NCBI GenBank assembly: GCA_015231435.1
Contig: JADGBN010000002.1
Location: forward strand, 1 to 61,698
Source: Gammaproteobacteria bacterium
GTDB lineage: Bacteria; Pseudomonadota; Gammaproteobacteria; Thiohalomonadales; Thiohalomonadaceae
DNA length: 61,698 bases
Reading direction: 5' to 3'
The translations under genes and the position numbers were made by a program. The notes under the pieces were generated by a model. It was not told the DNA's origin and searched no databases. It was given only the letters and a program-made list of their open reading frames with translations. Below, one piece after another: positions 33,049-43,615 of this stretch; position 1 is the first letter of the stretch; each line of letters opens with the position of its first letter.

Positions 33049-33438
33049 ATGCCTAGCCAGCCCAGTCGTAATCTTGAGGTTTTTGCCAATCCCGCTACCG
33101 CGAGCGACTATACCATTCATATTGAAATCCCCGAGTTCAGCTGCCTCTGCCCGAAAACCGGCCAACCTGACTTTGCGACGATTCTCATCGATTATGTGCC
33201 CGAACAACACTGTATTGAGCTAAAGTCCCTTAAGCTCTACATCTGGTCTTTTCGCAATGAGGGCGCTTTTCATGAAGCCGTCACGAACCAGATGTTGCAT
33301 GATTTTGTTGCCGCTTGCACCCCCCGCTTTATGCGCGTCACCGGTCGTTTTAATGTGCGCGGCGGTATCTATACCACGGTGGTGGTGGAACATCGCGCCC
33401 CAGGTTGGCAGCCACTCGCCGCTGTCACTCTGCCCTAA
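33049..33438 (+). CDS. queF: NADPH-dependent 7-cyano-7-deazaguanine (preQ0) reductase, unimodular type
   Basis: 129 aa. [15 protein letters not shown] catalytic-Cys motif and [14 protein letters not shown] (QueF motif). Confidence 0.85.
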   Translation: MPSQPSRNLEVFANPATASDYTIHIEIPEFSCLCPKTGQPDFATILIDYVPEQHCIELKSLKLYIWSFRNEGAFHEAVTNQMLHDFVAACTPRFMRVTGRFNVRGGIYTTVVVEHRAPGWQPLAAVTLP

Positions 33439-33442
33439 GCCG

Positions 33443-34210
33443 ATGATCACCCCTCTATTTCGCGGTGCCGGCTATTTTGCCCAGGGTGTCGGGCTGCTGC
33501 GACAGCCTAAACTGCGCAACTATCTGATCATGCCGCTAATCATTAATGTGCTGCTCTTTGTCGTTGCCAGCTGGCTGCTCATTGAGCAGTCAGAGCCACT
33601 GCTGCGCTGGTTGCAGGATCTGCTGCCCACATGGCTGGAGTGGCTCGGTTCACTCATCTCCTTTATCCTAATGGCGCTGCTGACCCTTCTGGCGCTGCTA
33701 CTGGTGTCACTGCTGGCGGGGCTGGTTGCTGCCCCCTTTAACGCCCTGCTCGCTGAAGCGGTTGAGCGCTACTGTGATGGCGATGCCTATCAAAGTAGCG
33801 AAATGAGTCTGACGCAAATTTTAAAATCAACACCACACCTTCTGACCGAAGAGTTACGCAAATTACGTTATGCCCTCTTCTGGGCAATTCCGCTCTTTAT
33901 TATCTCGTGGATTCCACTGCTTAATTTAGCCGCACCGTTTCTCTGGTTTCTCTACGGGGCGTGGATGCTGGCGCGCAGTTACCTTGCCTATGCACTCGAT
34001 AACCACAACATCCCCTTTAACGAACAGCACCGCAGTTTTGCCTCTCGGCGGCCGCTGCTGCTCGGCTTTGGCAGTTTAACGCTGCTGATGACTATGGTGC
34101 CGCTGCTTAATTTTGTCGTCATTCCGGCAGCAGTGGCTGGGGCAACCACACTCTGGGTGAAAGAGCTGCGCCAAGTGCTTAACGCCAACCCTACAGATGT
34201 TTCAAGCTAA
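33443..34210 (+). CDS. cysZ: Sulfate transporter CysZ
   Basis: From ATG 33443: MITPLFRGAGYFAQGVGLLRQPKLRNYLIMPLIINVLLF. 255 aa, polytopic. The track start at 33257 overlaps queF. Confidence 0.8.
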   Translation: MITPLFRGAGYFAQGVGLLRQPKLRNYLIMPLIINVLLFVVASWLLIEQSEPLLRWLQDLLPTWLEWLGSLISFILMALLTLLALLLVSLLAGLVAAPFNALLAEAVERYCDGDAYQSSEMSLTQILKSTPHLLTEELRKLRYALFWAIPLFIISWIPLLNLAAPFLWFLYGAWMLARSYLAYALDNHNIPFNEQHRSFASRRPLLLGFGSLTLLMTMVPLLNFVVIPAAVAGATTLWVKELRQVLNANPTDVSS

Positions 34211-35618
34211 CCTTAGCGACCACCTAACAGCCTATCTACGCTGTCAACGCGACTGGTATCAGATCGCCATCAGTTCGCTGCGTATATTTATCGCCGTGCT
34301 GCGCAGCAGCCAGCTTAACCTCTACGCCAGCAGTCTTGTCTACGCAACCCTCATGGCACTGGTGCCGCTTATTGCGGTCAGCTTTTCGACCCTAAAAGGA
34401 CTCGGGGCACACCACCATCTTGAGCCGATACTGCTGGCAGTTCTTGAACCCCTAGGCCCCGCCTCTGCGGAGCTTGTCAAATATCTGCTCTCCTTCGTCA
34501 ATAATATGCAACTGAAGGTGCTCGGCTCAGTCGGCCTCGCGGTACTGATCTACACCATTATCACCCTCACCATGAAGGTCGAGGCGGCGTTTAACTATAT
34601 CTGGCAAGTCAGTACCCCGCGCACTCTGGCACGGCGTTTTAGCGACTATCTGAGCGTTATTCTGATAGGGCCGGTACTGATTATCAGCGCCCTTGGCATT
34701 ACTGCTTCGATCTCTCGCGAGAGTGTAGTGCAGCTGCTGTTAAATATCGAACCGATGGGGTCGCTGCTGCTGTTACTTGGCAAACTGCTGCCGTTTCTTC
34801 TGGTCATTAGCGTCTTCACCTTTATTAACAGCTTCGTCCCCAACACTCCGGTTAACTTTCGGGCGGCGCTGGTCGGTGGTGTTGTCGCCGGCACCATCTG
34901 GCAGAGCTTTGGTCTGTTATTCACCCACTTTATTGTCGGCGCCAATACCCAGACAGCCATCTACTCAAGTTTTGCGATTCTCTTTTTCTTTATGATTTGG
35001 CTCCACCTCGGCTGGTTGACGCTGCTCTTTAGCGCCCAGGTGAGTTTTTACGCGCAAAACCCCCATCATCTACTCCCCGAGGAGAGGGGGATGATTCTCA
35101 GCCACCAGCAGCGCAGTGAGCTAAGCATCACCCTGCTGTTAATTATTCTTGACCACTACTACCTCAACAACCGCCCCCTAAGCCGCAATGAACTGAATGC
35201 CTACAGTCAACTACCGGCAAAAATTGAGGAGGAGATTTTAACCAGTCTGGAGAGAATGGGCTTTCTTACCTGCACCCAGGAGAGTGAACTACTCATTCCC
35301 GCCAGTGATCCACAACAGCTAACGCTCAATACCATTACTCGGCGACTTAACGAATTTGTCCCGCACCCACCCGGTGAGGTTCAAGGGAGCGCATCGCAGA
35401 GCAACCTGCGCCCCACCGATAAATACCAGATGGCGGCGCTGCAACTTTTTGACCGCCAACAGTACGCCAGCGAACGCGAATTGGGCGAAGAGAGTATTTA
35501 TGATCTCATACAGAACCAGCTACAACAGGATTTTGCCCTAAATCACGACACCCTAAAGGCAACGCCCGCAACTACCCTGGTTGTCAGTTCAGGCAATACC
35601 GCGACGACGACAGATTAA
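34197..35618 (+). CDS. yihY: YihY/BrkB-family inner membrane protein with a ~170-aa C-terminal cytoplasmic extension
   Basis: 473 aa. N-terminal YASSLVYATLMALVPLIAV-type YihY core with about 6 TM segments, then a soluble tail. Confidence 0.7.
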   Translation: MFQANLSDHLTAYLRCQRDWYQIAISSLRIFIAVLRSSQLNLYASSLVYATLMALVPLIAVSFSTLKGLGAHHHLEPILLAVLEPLGPASAELVKYLLSFVNNMQLKVLGSVGLAVLIYTIITLTMKVEAAFNYIWQVSTPRTLARRFSDYLSVILIGPVLIISALGITASISRESVVQLLLNIEPMGSLLLLLGKLLPFLLVISVFTFINSFVPNTPVNFRAALVGGVVAGTIWQSFGLLFTHFIVGANTQTAIYSSFAILFFFMIWLHLGWLTLLFSAQVSFYAQNPHHLLPEERGMILSHQQRSELSITLLLIILDHYYLNNRPLSRNELNAYSQLPAKIEEEILTSLERMGFLTCTQESELLIPASDPQQLTLNTITRRLNEFVPHPPGEVQGSASQSNLRPTDKYQMAALQLFDRQQYASERELGEESIYDLIQNQLQQDFALNHDTLKATPATTLVVSSGNTATTTD

Positions 35619-36385
35619 CGAATAATCCCGCGTGTCGTCTGTTCCAGTGCTGCATAAAAGAGCGCGACTTCCGGTGAGTCCGCCGCCGCCGCCTTTATCT
35701 GCTCCTTCGCTTCACTAAAAGAGAGCCCAGCACGATAGAGCAGCCGGTAAGCAGCGAGGATCTGCTGCATCGTCGCGGCAGAGAAGCCGCGCCGTTTTAG
35801 CCCTTCACGGTTAATCCCGTGGGGTGCGGCGGGACTTCCTGAAACCATTAAGTAGGGGGGAACATCTTTGCTTATCGCGCTTCCCATACCGGCAAAGGCG
35901 TGATCGCCAATCGAACAGAACTGATGTACCAGGGTAAAACCACTTAATATCACCTGACTCCCGACGCGAACATGGCCAGCAAGCGAGGCGTTATTGGAAA
36001 AAATCGTGCGATCCGCGATATGGCAATCGTGAGCGACATGCACATAGGCCATGAGCAGATTATCGTTGCCAATAGTGGTCACACCACCACCACCGACGGT
36101 ACCGCGACTGAGCGTCACCCCTTCGCGAATCGTGTTGCGATCGCCAATCTCCAGACGTGTCGGCTCGCCATGATATTTAAGATCCTGCGGACGTTCACCC
36201 ACCGAGGCAAACTGAAAAATTCGGTTCTCTTTGCCAATGCGGGTCGGGCCGTTAATCACCACATGCGGGCCAATAACGCTCCCTTCACCAATCTCGACAT
36301 CGGCACCGATAACGGTATAGGGGCCAACCTCTACCCCTGCGGCAATTTTTGCTGAGCTGTCAATAATCGCAGTGGCATGAATCAT
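35615..36385 (-). CDS. lpxA: Acyl-ACP:UDP-N-acetylglucosamine O-acyltransferase
   Basis: From ATG 36385: [27 protein letters not shown], hexapeptide repeats, and a C-terminus ...TRGIIR like E. coli LpxA. The start shares one nt with the upstream TGA. Confidence 0.9.
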   Translation of the reverse strand: MIHATAIIDSSAKIAAGVEVGPYTVIGADVEIGEGSVIGPHVVINGPTRIGKENRIFQFASVGERPQDLKYHGEPTRLEIGDRNTIREGVTLSRGTVGGGGVTTIGNDNLLMAYVHVAHDCHIADRTIFSNNASLAGHVRVGSQVILSGFTLVHQFCSIGDHAFAGMGSAISKDVPPYLMVSGSPAAPHGINREGLKRRGFSAATMQQILAAYRLLYRAGLSFSEAKEQIKAAAADSPEVALFYAALEQTTRGIIR

Positions 36386-36888
36386 CACTGCACCCGTTGC
36401 TCGGCGCACATCAGATCGGCACTGGCGACCACTTTACCCGCCACTGAGGCAACGCCGGTAAATTTCCAAATACCGCGCTTCTCTTTCACCACGGCGACCT
36501 CCAATAACAGCTGATCGCCGGGAATTACCGGCTGCTTAAAACGGCAGTTATCAATACCGGCAAAAAAATAGAGCTTGTCATGCGCCGGGCGCGCTCCACT
36601 GCTTTTAAAGGCAAGAATGCCGGTTGCCTGCGCCAATGCCTCCATAATCAGTACCCCGGGGAAGATCGGGCGACCGGGGAAGTGACCGGGGAAAAAGGGC
36701 TCATTGACCGTGATGTTTTTAAGCGCGGTCAGTTTCACCCCAGGTTCACAGGAGAGCACCCGATCAACCAACAAAAATGGGAAGCGGTGTGGCAGGTAGT
36801 TGAGGATCTCCTGAATATCCATACTGTGATTAATGGGGCTGGGAATTGCGGTTGTCTGGCTGCTGGCAGGTTCACTCTCTTCGCTCAC
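36385..36888 (-). CDS. fabZ: FabZ module; independent initiation is possible at GTG 36888 (RBS AGGAGA 8 nt upstream) or ATG 36822
   Basis: The minus strand reads AGGAGAGGCGACCCGTG inside the linker, in frame with FabZ. ATG 36822 gives a canonical 145-aa FabZ. Confidence 0.55.
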   Translation of the reverse strand: MSEESEPASSQTTAIPSPINHSMDIQEILNYLPHRFPFLLVDRVLSCEPGVKLTALKNITVNEPFFPGHFPGRPIFPGVLIMEALAQATGILAFKSSGARPAHDKLYFFAGIDNCRFKQPVIPGDQLLLEVAVVKEKRGIWKFTGVASVAGKVVASADLMCAEQRVQ

Positions 36889-37974
36889 GGGTCGCCTCTC
36901 CTGATGGTTGACTGAATGGTTGTTCGATGAAGGGGATGGGGATAAAGGGGCTGGGGATTGCAGCGTGCGTTCAAGCGCGCTTAAACGCCGCGCCATCGCG
37001 TCAAGCTGGGTGTAGCGAACCGCGTTGCGCTGGGCACTGCGTTTGCTCTCCAGCGGCAGCGCTGTGCTATAGATCCCGGGTTGTTCAATCGATTGCGTCA
37101 CCAGTGACATCGCCGTCACCGTCACGCCGTCAGCTATCGTCAGATGCCCCAAAATGCCCGCACCACCACCAATAGCGCAGTGAGCGCCGATTTTCGCGCT
37201 ACCGGCAATACCGACACAACCGGCGATAGCCGTATGGTCACCAATTTTCACGTTATGGGCGACCTGAATCTGGTTATCGAGCTTCACCCCGTGACCAATC
37301 AGAGTGTTCTCCATCGCGCCACGGTCAATGGTGGTATTGGCGCCAATTTCGACATCATCACCAATCACTACCCCACCAAGCTGATGAATTTTCACCCAGC
37401 GACCCGCGTCATTGGCAAAACCAAAACCATCGGCACCCAGCACCGCGCCAGAGTGAATAATGGCCCGTTCCCCAATAGTGACATCATCATAAAGGGTTAC
37501 CCGCGCATAGAGGTGACTACCGCTACCAATGCGACAGTGCGCCCCAATCACGCAGTAATCCTCAATGACCACCCCCGCCCCGATGACCGTATCGGCCGCA
37601 ATCACTGCGGTTAACGCAATCACCGCATCAGAGGCGATTTGCGCAGAGCAGTCAATCATCTCGCTGCTAACCACCTGTCGCACCGCTGGCGCAAAGAGGC
37701 TGCTAACCTGCGCATAGGCAAGATAGGGGTGCAACACAACAATGGTAGCAACCGTGTCAGGAACAAAGGGGAGATCATCCTTACCAATAATGACCGCCGT
37801 CGCGCGGGTGGTGGTTAACTGCGGGCGTAATCGGGGGTGACTTAAAAAACTTAATTTGCCCGCGACGCCCGGCTGTAGTGGTGCCACCCCGGCAATCGCC
37901 AAATCACCCTCGCCACGCAGGGTACCGCCTAGATAGTCGGCAATCTGTTGCAGGGTGACGGGTGCGTTCACCAA
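36385..37974 (-). CDS. lpxD: Single reading frame encoding LpxD (UDP-3-O-acylglucosamine N-acyltransferase) fused through a Pro/Ser-rich linker to FabZ (3-hydroxyacyl-ACP dehydratase)
   Basis: 529-aa uninterrupted ORF. An LpxD-like ~340 aa runs to ...[13 protein letters not shown]. The linker is [45 protein letters not shown]. FabZ follows: [22 protein letters not shown]...[15 protein letters not shown]. Confidence 0.8.
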   Translation of the reverse strand: MVNAPVTLQQIADYLGGTLRGEGDLAIAGVAPLQPGVAGKLSFLSHPRLRPQLTTTRATAVIIGKDDLPFVPDTVATIVVLHPYLAYAQVSSLFAPAVRQVVSSEMIDCSAQIASDAVIALTAVIAADTVIGAGVVIEDYCVIGAHCRIGSGSHLYARVTLYDDVTIGERAIIHSGAVLGADGFGFANDAGRWVKIHQLGGVVIGDDVEIGANTTIDRGAMENTLIGHGVKLDNQIQVAHNVKIGDHTAIAGCVGIAGSAKIGAHCAIGGGAGILGHLTIADGVTVTAMSLVTQSIEQPGIYSTALPLESKRSAQRNAVRYTQLDAMARRLSALERTLQSPAPLSPSPSSNNHSVNHQERRPVSEESEPASSQTTAIPSPINHSMDIQEILNYLPHRFPFLLVDRVLSCEPGVKLTALKNITVNEPFFPGHFPGRPIFPGVLIMEALAQATGILAFKSSGARPAHDKLYFFAGIDNCRFKQPVIPGDQLLLEVAVVKEKRGIWKFTGVASVAGKVVASADLMCAEQRVQ

Positions 37975-38007
37975 GCGCTCCCTTGAGTGGCCATTGTCAT
38001 CCCAATA

Positions 38008-38139
38008 CCATTAAGTTAAGGGTGTCCACTGCCCGCTTGCTGGGTGTCGGCGGCAGGGACGCCGCCGTCAAGCCCCCAGGGATGGGTTTACGGCGTCCCG
38101 GCAAGCGGGTGGTGGACAGACTCAGGCCGAACTTAATGG
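38008..38139. repeat. REP-like 132-bp nested imperfect palindrome in the lpxD-skp spacer
   Basis: There are three arm pairs. CCATTAAGTT (38008-17) pairs with AACTTAATGG (38130-39). GTCCACTGCCCGCTTGC (38024-40) pairs with GCAAGCGGGTGGTGGAC (38101-17). GGGACGCCG (38056-64) pairs with CGGCGTCCC (38091-99). Confidence 0.8.
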
Positions 38140-38172
38140 CATTGATTGTTATCCGAGACATCACGTTGAAAG

Positions 38173-38712
38173 CTACTTTTTTGTCCGTTGCTTAAGTGCG
38201 GTGATCACGGCATCGGTAATGTTAACGCGATCACTGGCATAAACCACACCGGACTCCAGAACAATATCAAATCCCTGCTTTTGTGCCACTTCAACAACCA
38301 CCTGTGCCATTTCAAACTGAATTTTCTTCAGCTCTTCATTTTGACGCAGGGTGAGATCTTCACTAAACTCATCGCGCAGACGCTTAAAGTTACGCTGCTC
38401 CTGCAACAGATCACGTTCCAGTTCGCGCTGCTCATCTTTGCTCATAATCGAGCCGTCACGGGCGATGCGCTCCTCCATCCCTTTAATCTTCTGCTGCATC
38501 TTAACCAGCTCGCCGTCACGTCCAGCAAACTCTTCCTGAAGTTTAGTACGCAATTTTTCCGCATGGGGAGAGCGCTCAAGCAGTTCTGCAGTATTGACAA
38601 AGGCAACCTTCACCGCCGCATCGGCCGCCTCCGCTACGCCTACCACTCCGATAAAACTGCTTAACAGTAACAGTAGTTGCCAGGGGGGGAACTTCACACT
38701 ATATCGACTCAT
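38173..38712 (-). CDS. skp: Periplasmic chaperone Skp (OmpH)
   Basis: 179 aa with a signal peptide and a charged coiled-coil body. Canonical bamA-skp-lpxD position. Confidence 0.85.
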   Translation of the reverse strand: MSRYSVKFPPWQLLLLLSSFIGVVGVAEAADAAVKVAFVNTAELLERSPHAEKLRTKLQEEFAGRDGELVKMQQKIKGMEERIARDGSIMSKDEQRELERDLLQEQRNFKRLRDEFSEDLTLRQNEELKKIQFEMAQVVVEVAQKQGFDIVLESGVVYASDRVNITDAVITALKQRTKK

Positions 38713-38744
38713 TATTGCTCCAAATTATCTATAAAATAGCCGTA

Positions 38745-41054
38745 TTACGGCTGACCAATGGTAAACTGAAAACTCTCAACTTCATCATCATCCTTTCTGT
38801 TCAGGGGTTGGCCGTAACTGAACTTTAACGGACCAATCGGGGTGATCCACGCCAATGAGACCCCTGCCGAGTAGCGTAAATCAGCGACATCAACGCCGTA
38901 ATCACGATTGAAGGTGTTGCCACCATCAACAAAAAGCCCAAAACGCATCGACCCCTCATTATCCTCAAAAGGCGGCGGAAAGAGAAACTCGCTACGCAAC
39001 AGAAGCCGGGTATTACCACCAAGCGCCTCTCCGGCTTCATCAAAGGTTCCCTCTGAACCGACGGTGCGACTACGAAAACCGCGAATGGAGTTTATTCCAC
39101 CGGCATAGTAGCGCTCAAAGGGGGCAAGAACATGACTGTTGCCATAAACATCGGCATAGGCCATCTCGCCAAACAGGGAGAGTACGTTATCCGCCAATAC
39201 TGGAAAATAGTGCTGATGTGACAGACTTACTTTATAAAAATTGAGTGCGGCATCCGTAAAGGGCAGCGCGACGATGGAGTTCAAATTTAACTTGCCACCG
39301 GCATTGGGAAATATAGCGCGGTTACGGGTATCGTGAATCCAGCCATTGGTGACATTAAAGACGTCAAACTGACAGTCGTTACGACTCACCTGATCATCAC
39401 AGAAATCAATAATATGCTGACTTGTGTTGGCATCGGTATTGAGTGTGGTTAAATCATAATTAAACCCGTAGCGATAGGTATCGTATTCACCAATCGGCAT
39501 CCCATAAATGAGGCCGAGGGTGTAGGTATCGGTGGTGTACTCAACGACATCAATGGCACCGGTATCGCTTTCGCTGTAGGAGAAGTTAAGCGTGCGGCTG
39601 GTACCATCCAGATCGGCATAGGGCTCGGTAAAGCTGAAACTGTAAACCGTATTCAGTTCACTATTGTTAGCACTAATACTAAAACGCTGTCCTGTTCCAA
39701 AAAAGTTCTCTTCCGTAACACTGGCATTTACCAGCATACCATCGGCACTACTGTAGCCAATACCGGCGCTGAGATTACCAAAGGCGTTACGCTCAACCAC
39801 ATCAAAGGCGAGATCGACCTGATCCGCACTGCCCGGTACCGGTGGCATTTTGACATCGACACTATCAAAAAAACCCAGACGATCAAGACGGGTTCGCGAA
39901 CGTTTTACGCGGCTGGTCGAAACCCAACCCGACTCCATCTGCCGCAGTTCGCGCCGCAGAACCTCATCACGGGTGCGATCATGGCCACTAAGTTCAATTC
40001 GGTTAATATAGGTGCGCCGCCCCGGTTCGACCTGAAAATCGAGGGAGACTTCACGCCGCGCCTCATCAATTTCGGGGATCGGGTTAATGTTGGCAAAGGC
40101 ATAACCGACATCACCCAATAGCTCGGCAATCGCCTCATTACTGCTGGCGACCTCTTTACGAGAGAAGGTCTCCCCTGCTTTAAGCGTAATCAATGCCTCG
40201 ATATCCGCCACCGGCAGCACCGTATCACCGCTCACCCTAACTTGGGAAACACGATACTGCTCACCCTCACTAAGATTTACCGTCACATAAATTGACTCTT
40301 TGTCAGGCGTGATCGAGACCTGGGTGGAGGAGATGTCAAAGCGGATATAACCGCGATCCATGTACCACGAACGCAGTTTTTCCAAATCACCGGTCAGCTT
40401 CTGTTTGGCGTAGTCATCACGGTCACTAAACAGACCAAAGAGCGCCTGCTCTCCCGACTCCAGACGTGCCAGCAACTCGGCGTCGCTATAGGCATGATTG
40501 CCGACCAGATTAAGATGACGGATCTTTGCCACCTCCCCCTCATCGATCTTAATAGTAATGGCGACACGATTACGCTCCAGCGCCTTCACCTCACTCGTTA
40601 TCCCGACACCATATTTGCCCATGCTGAGATACTGTAACTTCAACTCCTGAGAGACCCTGTCGAGCAGCGAACGGTTAAAAATACGCCCCTCGCTCAAACC
40701 GATCCCCTTAAGGCTATTGGTCAGATCTTCACTGGGAAAGGCGTCATTACCCTCGAAGGTAATGCTCTCAATTGCCGGCCGCTCGGTGACAAAAATAAGC
40801 AGATTATTGCCATCACGCTCTAACGCCACGTCATTAAAAAAACCGGTTTTATAGAGGGCATGCAGCGCCTCATTGGCGAGGGCGGCATCAAGCCTGTCAC
40901 CCTGTTGCAACGGCAGATAGTTATAGATCGTGCCAAGGGTAATGCGCTGTAGACCTTCGACCTCAATCTTGTTGACCACAAAAGGGGTCATCGCCAGCAG
41001 CCGTTGCGACAGCGGTAGCAGTAACAGCAACAGCAGAAGAGAACGCCACACCAT
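38745..41054 (-). CDS. bamA: Outer membrane protein assembly factor BamA
   Basis: 769 aa. POTRA repeats then a beta-barrel ending ...FQFTIGQP. Confidence 0.95.
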   Translation of the reverse strand: MVWRSLLLLLLLLPLSQRLLAMTPFVVNKIEVEGLQRITLGTIYNYLPLQQGDRLDAALANEALHALYKTGFFNDVALERDGNNLLIFVTERPAIESITFEGNDAFPSEDLTNSLKGIGLSEGRIFNRSLLDRVSQELKLQYLSMGKYGVGITSEVKALERNRVAITIKIDEGEVAKIRHLNLVGNHAYSDAELLARLESGEQALFGLFSDRDDYAKQKLTGDLEKLRSWYMDRGYIRFDISSTQVSITPDKESIYVTVNLSEGEQYRVSQVRVSGDTVLPVADIEALITLKAGETFSRKEVASSNEAIAELLGDVGYAFANINPIPEIDEARREVSLDFQVEPGRRTYINRIELSGHDRTRDEVLRRELRQMESGWVSTSRVKRSRTRLDRLGFFDSVDVKMPPVPGSADQVDLAFDVVERNAFGNLSAGIGYSSADGMLVNASVTEENFFGTGQRFSISANNSELNTVYSFSFTEPYADLDGTSRTLNFSYSESDTGAIDVVEYTTDTYTLGLIYGMPIGEYDTYRYGFNYDLTTLNTDANTSQHIIDFCDDQVSRNDCQFDVFNVTNGWIHDTRNRAIFPNAGGKLNLNSIVALPFTDAALNFYKVSLSHQHYFPVLADNVLSLFGEMAYADVYGNSHVLAPFERYYAGGINSIRGFRSRTVGSEGTFDEAGEALGGNTRLLLRSEFLFPPPFEDNEGSMRFGLFVDGGNTFNRDYGVDVADLRYSAGVSLAWITPIGPLKFSYGQPLNRKDDDEVESFQFTIGQP

Positions 41055-42413
41055 TTAACCCACCAGCCGTAGTAAATCGTTATAGAGCGCCAAACTCATT
41101 AACATTAGCAGCAGCACCATGCCCACCCGTTGTCCAAGTGCCTCCACCGCTTCAGGTAGCGGCGATCCCTTCACCGCCTCAATTAGATAGAAGAGCAGAT
41201 GTCCGCCATCAAGAATCGGGATCGGCAGCAGATTGAGCACCCCCAAGCTGATGCTGACAATTGCGATAAAACCCAGCAGTTGACTTAACCCTGCCACCGC
41301 AGAACTTTTGGCGTAAACGGCAATCGTAACTGGGCCGCTCAGGTTATCGACCGACGCACGCCCCAGCAACATTTCACCAATTAATTTCAGGGTCAGGCGC
41401 GCCATCTCCCCGCTTTTCGCCAAGGCGGCACCCATCGCATCCACCGGGCCAAAACGCCACTCACTGCGATATTTGGCAAGCTCGGCCTCATCAAGCTGCA
41501 CCCCCACACCAATCTTCCCCACCGCTTTGCCCTCGGCATCACGTTCGGCCAAAGGACGAACTTCCAGCGTCAGCAGCTGCTCGCCACGCTGAAGGGTAAA
41601 TAGCAAAGGGTGTCCGGGGTTCTCCTGGACAATGGCGACCAGATCTTGCCACTCTTCTATCGGCTCATCTGCCACCGCTACCACCCGATCACCTTGACGG
41701 ATGCCCGCCACTGCCGCAGGTGATCCTTCACCTATCGTGCCAATAATCGCCGGAATGGCTAACGCAAAAGGGCGCAGCCCCACCCTGTCAACCACCTCTT
41801 CAGGTTTTGTCTGTGCGGTAAAGTCACCCTGCAGACGGATATCCAGTAACAGACCGTCACGCTGAAGCTGCAGATCAACCGGTTCATTCAGCATCATCAT
41901 CGGATAGACCGCTTCAACGACTGCCTGCCACGTCGGGGTTTTGCGCCCCGCCACCGCAATAATCTCATCCCCCTGCAACACCCCAGCCTCGGCGGCAAGT
42001 GTCTCTGGAGCTACCTCGCCAACTAGGGGAAGCGTACCGGGCACACCATGCATAAACATTAGCCAATAGAGCAAAATTGCAAAAAGAATATTAAATAGCG
42101 GGCCGGCAAAGACAATGGCAAAACGTTTTGCCAGCGACTGACGGTTAAAGGCACGCGGCAGATCAGCTTCGCTCACCTCCTCCTCGCGCTCATCAACCAT
42201 TTTTACATACCCCCCTAACGGGATAGCGGCAACAACATACTCGGTTTCACCTGCAGCAGGTCGGTAGCGCCACAACGGCTGCCCAAAGCCAATGGAGAAG
42301 CGCAGCACCTTTACCCCGCAACGCCGCGCCACCCAAAAGTGGCCAAACTCATGCACCGCCACCAGGAGTGAGAGCACCAGAATAAAGAGAAGAATTGTCG
42401 TAATTGTGCTCAT
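41055..42413 (-). CDS. rseP: Site-2 zinc metalloprotease RseP
   Basis: 452 aa. [10 protein letters not shown] (HExxH) in TM1, PDZ region, and a C-terminal [10 protein letters not shown] motif. Confidence 0.9.
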   Translation of the reverse strand: MSTITTILLFILVLSLLVAVHEFGHFWVARRCGVKVLRFSIGFGQPLWRYRPAAGETEYVVAAIPLGGYVKMVDEREEEVSEADLPRAFNRQSLAKRFAIVFAGPLFNILFAILLYWLMFMHGVPGTLPLVGEVAPETLAAEAGVLQGDEIIAVAGRKTPTWQAVVEAVYPMMMLNEPVDLQLQRDGLLLDIRLQGDFTAQTKPEEVVDRVGLRPFALAIPAIIGTIGEGSPAAVAGIRQGDRVVAVADEPIEEWQDLVAIVQENPGHPLLFTLQRGEQLLTLEVRPLAERDAEGKAVGKIGVGVQLDEAELAKYRSEWRFGPVDAMGAALAKSGEMARLTLKLIGEMLLGRASVDNLSGPVTIAVYAKSSAVAGLSQLLGFIAIVSISLGVLNLLPIPILDGGHLLFYLIEAVKGSPLPEAVEALGQRVGMVLLLMLMSLALYNDLLRLVG

Positions 42414-43615
42414 GCAGGCTTACTCGCCAGTAAGCTGGTGGTCAGATGGCGTGCCTCGCCATCTACCGCCAGCAGTTGTTCAAGGGACTCTACCGCGACA
42501 CCACTCATGCGCTGCAGGGTGGCATCAATCATCGCGCTAATTGTGGTAAAGGAGATCTGCCGCTGGAGAAATGCCGCCACCGCAATCTCATTAGCGGCAT
42601 TAAGAATTGTCGGTGTTGTCCCCCCCTGTCGCATGGCATTGCAACAGAGTGACAACGCCGGAAAACGTTGATAATCGGGTCGGCTAAAGTGTAACGCCGC
42701 CACCTCAAAAAGATTGAGCGATTTGACACCGGAGAGCATCCGCGACGGCCATGCCAGCGCATGGGCAATCGGGGTACGCATATCGGGGTTACCCAACTGC
42801 GCCAGTACCGAACCATCAATATACTGCACCAACGAGTGAATAACACTCTCGGGATGAATCACCACCTCAATCTGTTCTGGCGTCGCATTAAAGAGCCAGC
42901 ACGCTTCGATTAGCTCCAGCCCCTTATTCATCATCGTCGCCGAGTCAACGGAAATTTTCCGCCCCATGCTCCAGTTAGGGTGAGCAACCGCCTGTTCAAC
43001 CGTGACTGTCGCCAACTCCGCCAGCGGCGTATTGCGAAACGGACCACCCGATGCAGTCAGCAAAATAGTACTCACGCCAACGGCATCAAGCCCCGTCGCA
43101 AAGTTGCTCGGCATGGACTGAAAAATCGCGTTATGCTCGCTATCAATCGGCAGCAGTGTCGCGCCATGCCGACGCACCGCCTGCATTAACAGATCCCCCG
43201 CCACCACCAGCGCCTCTTTATTGGCCAGCAGTATCCGCTTGCCGCAGGTTGCCGCAGCAAAGACCGGCGGCAGTCCCGCAGCACCGACAATCGCCGCCAT
43301 CACCGTATCAACAGCGCTATCGGCAGCAACCTCCACCAGCGCAGCTGCCCCTGAAAGTACCTCAATATCAGCCAGCCCTGCCGCTGCCAGTCGTTGCCGT
43401 AAATCGGCGGCGGCCTGCGTCTCCACCATCACCAGATAACGCGGATGAAACTGAATCGCCTGAGCCAAAAGTCGCTCCACCTGACGCTGCGCCGTCAGGG
43501 CAAAAACCCTGAAGCGGTCAGGGTGACGCGCTATCACATCGAGGGTACTCACGCCAATCGAGCCGGTAGAGCCGAGCACCGTGATCTGCTGTGGCGTGAT
43601 CGTTGAGTGACTCAT
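42410..43615 (-). CDS. dxr: 1-deoxy-D-xylulose 5-phosphate reductoisomerase
   Basis: 401 aa. [22 protein letters not shown]-binding N-terminus, [15 protein letters not shown]. Confidence 0.95.
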   Translation of the reverse strand: MSHSTITPQQITVLGSTGSIGVSTLDVIARHPDRFRVFALTAQRQVERLLAQAIQFHPRYLVMVETQAAADLRQRLAAAGLADIEVLSGAAALVEVAADSAVDTVMAAIVGAAGLPPVFAAATCGKRILLANKEALVVAGDLLMQAVRRHGATLLPIDSEHNAIFQSMPSNFATGLDAVGVSTILLTASGGPFRNTPLAELATVTVEQAVAHPNWSMGRKISVDSATMMNKGLELIEACWLFNATPEQIEVVIHPESVIHSLVQYIDGSVLAQLGNPDMRTPIAHALAWPSRMLSGVKSLNLFEVAALHFSRPDYQRFPALSLCCNAMRQGGTTPTILNAANEIAVAAFLQRQISFTTISAMIDATLQRMSGVAVESLEQLLAVDGEARHLTTSLLASKPA

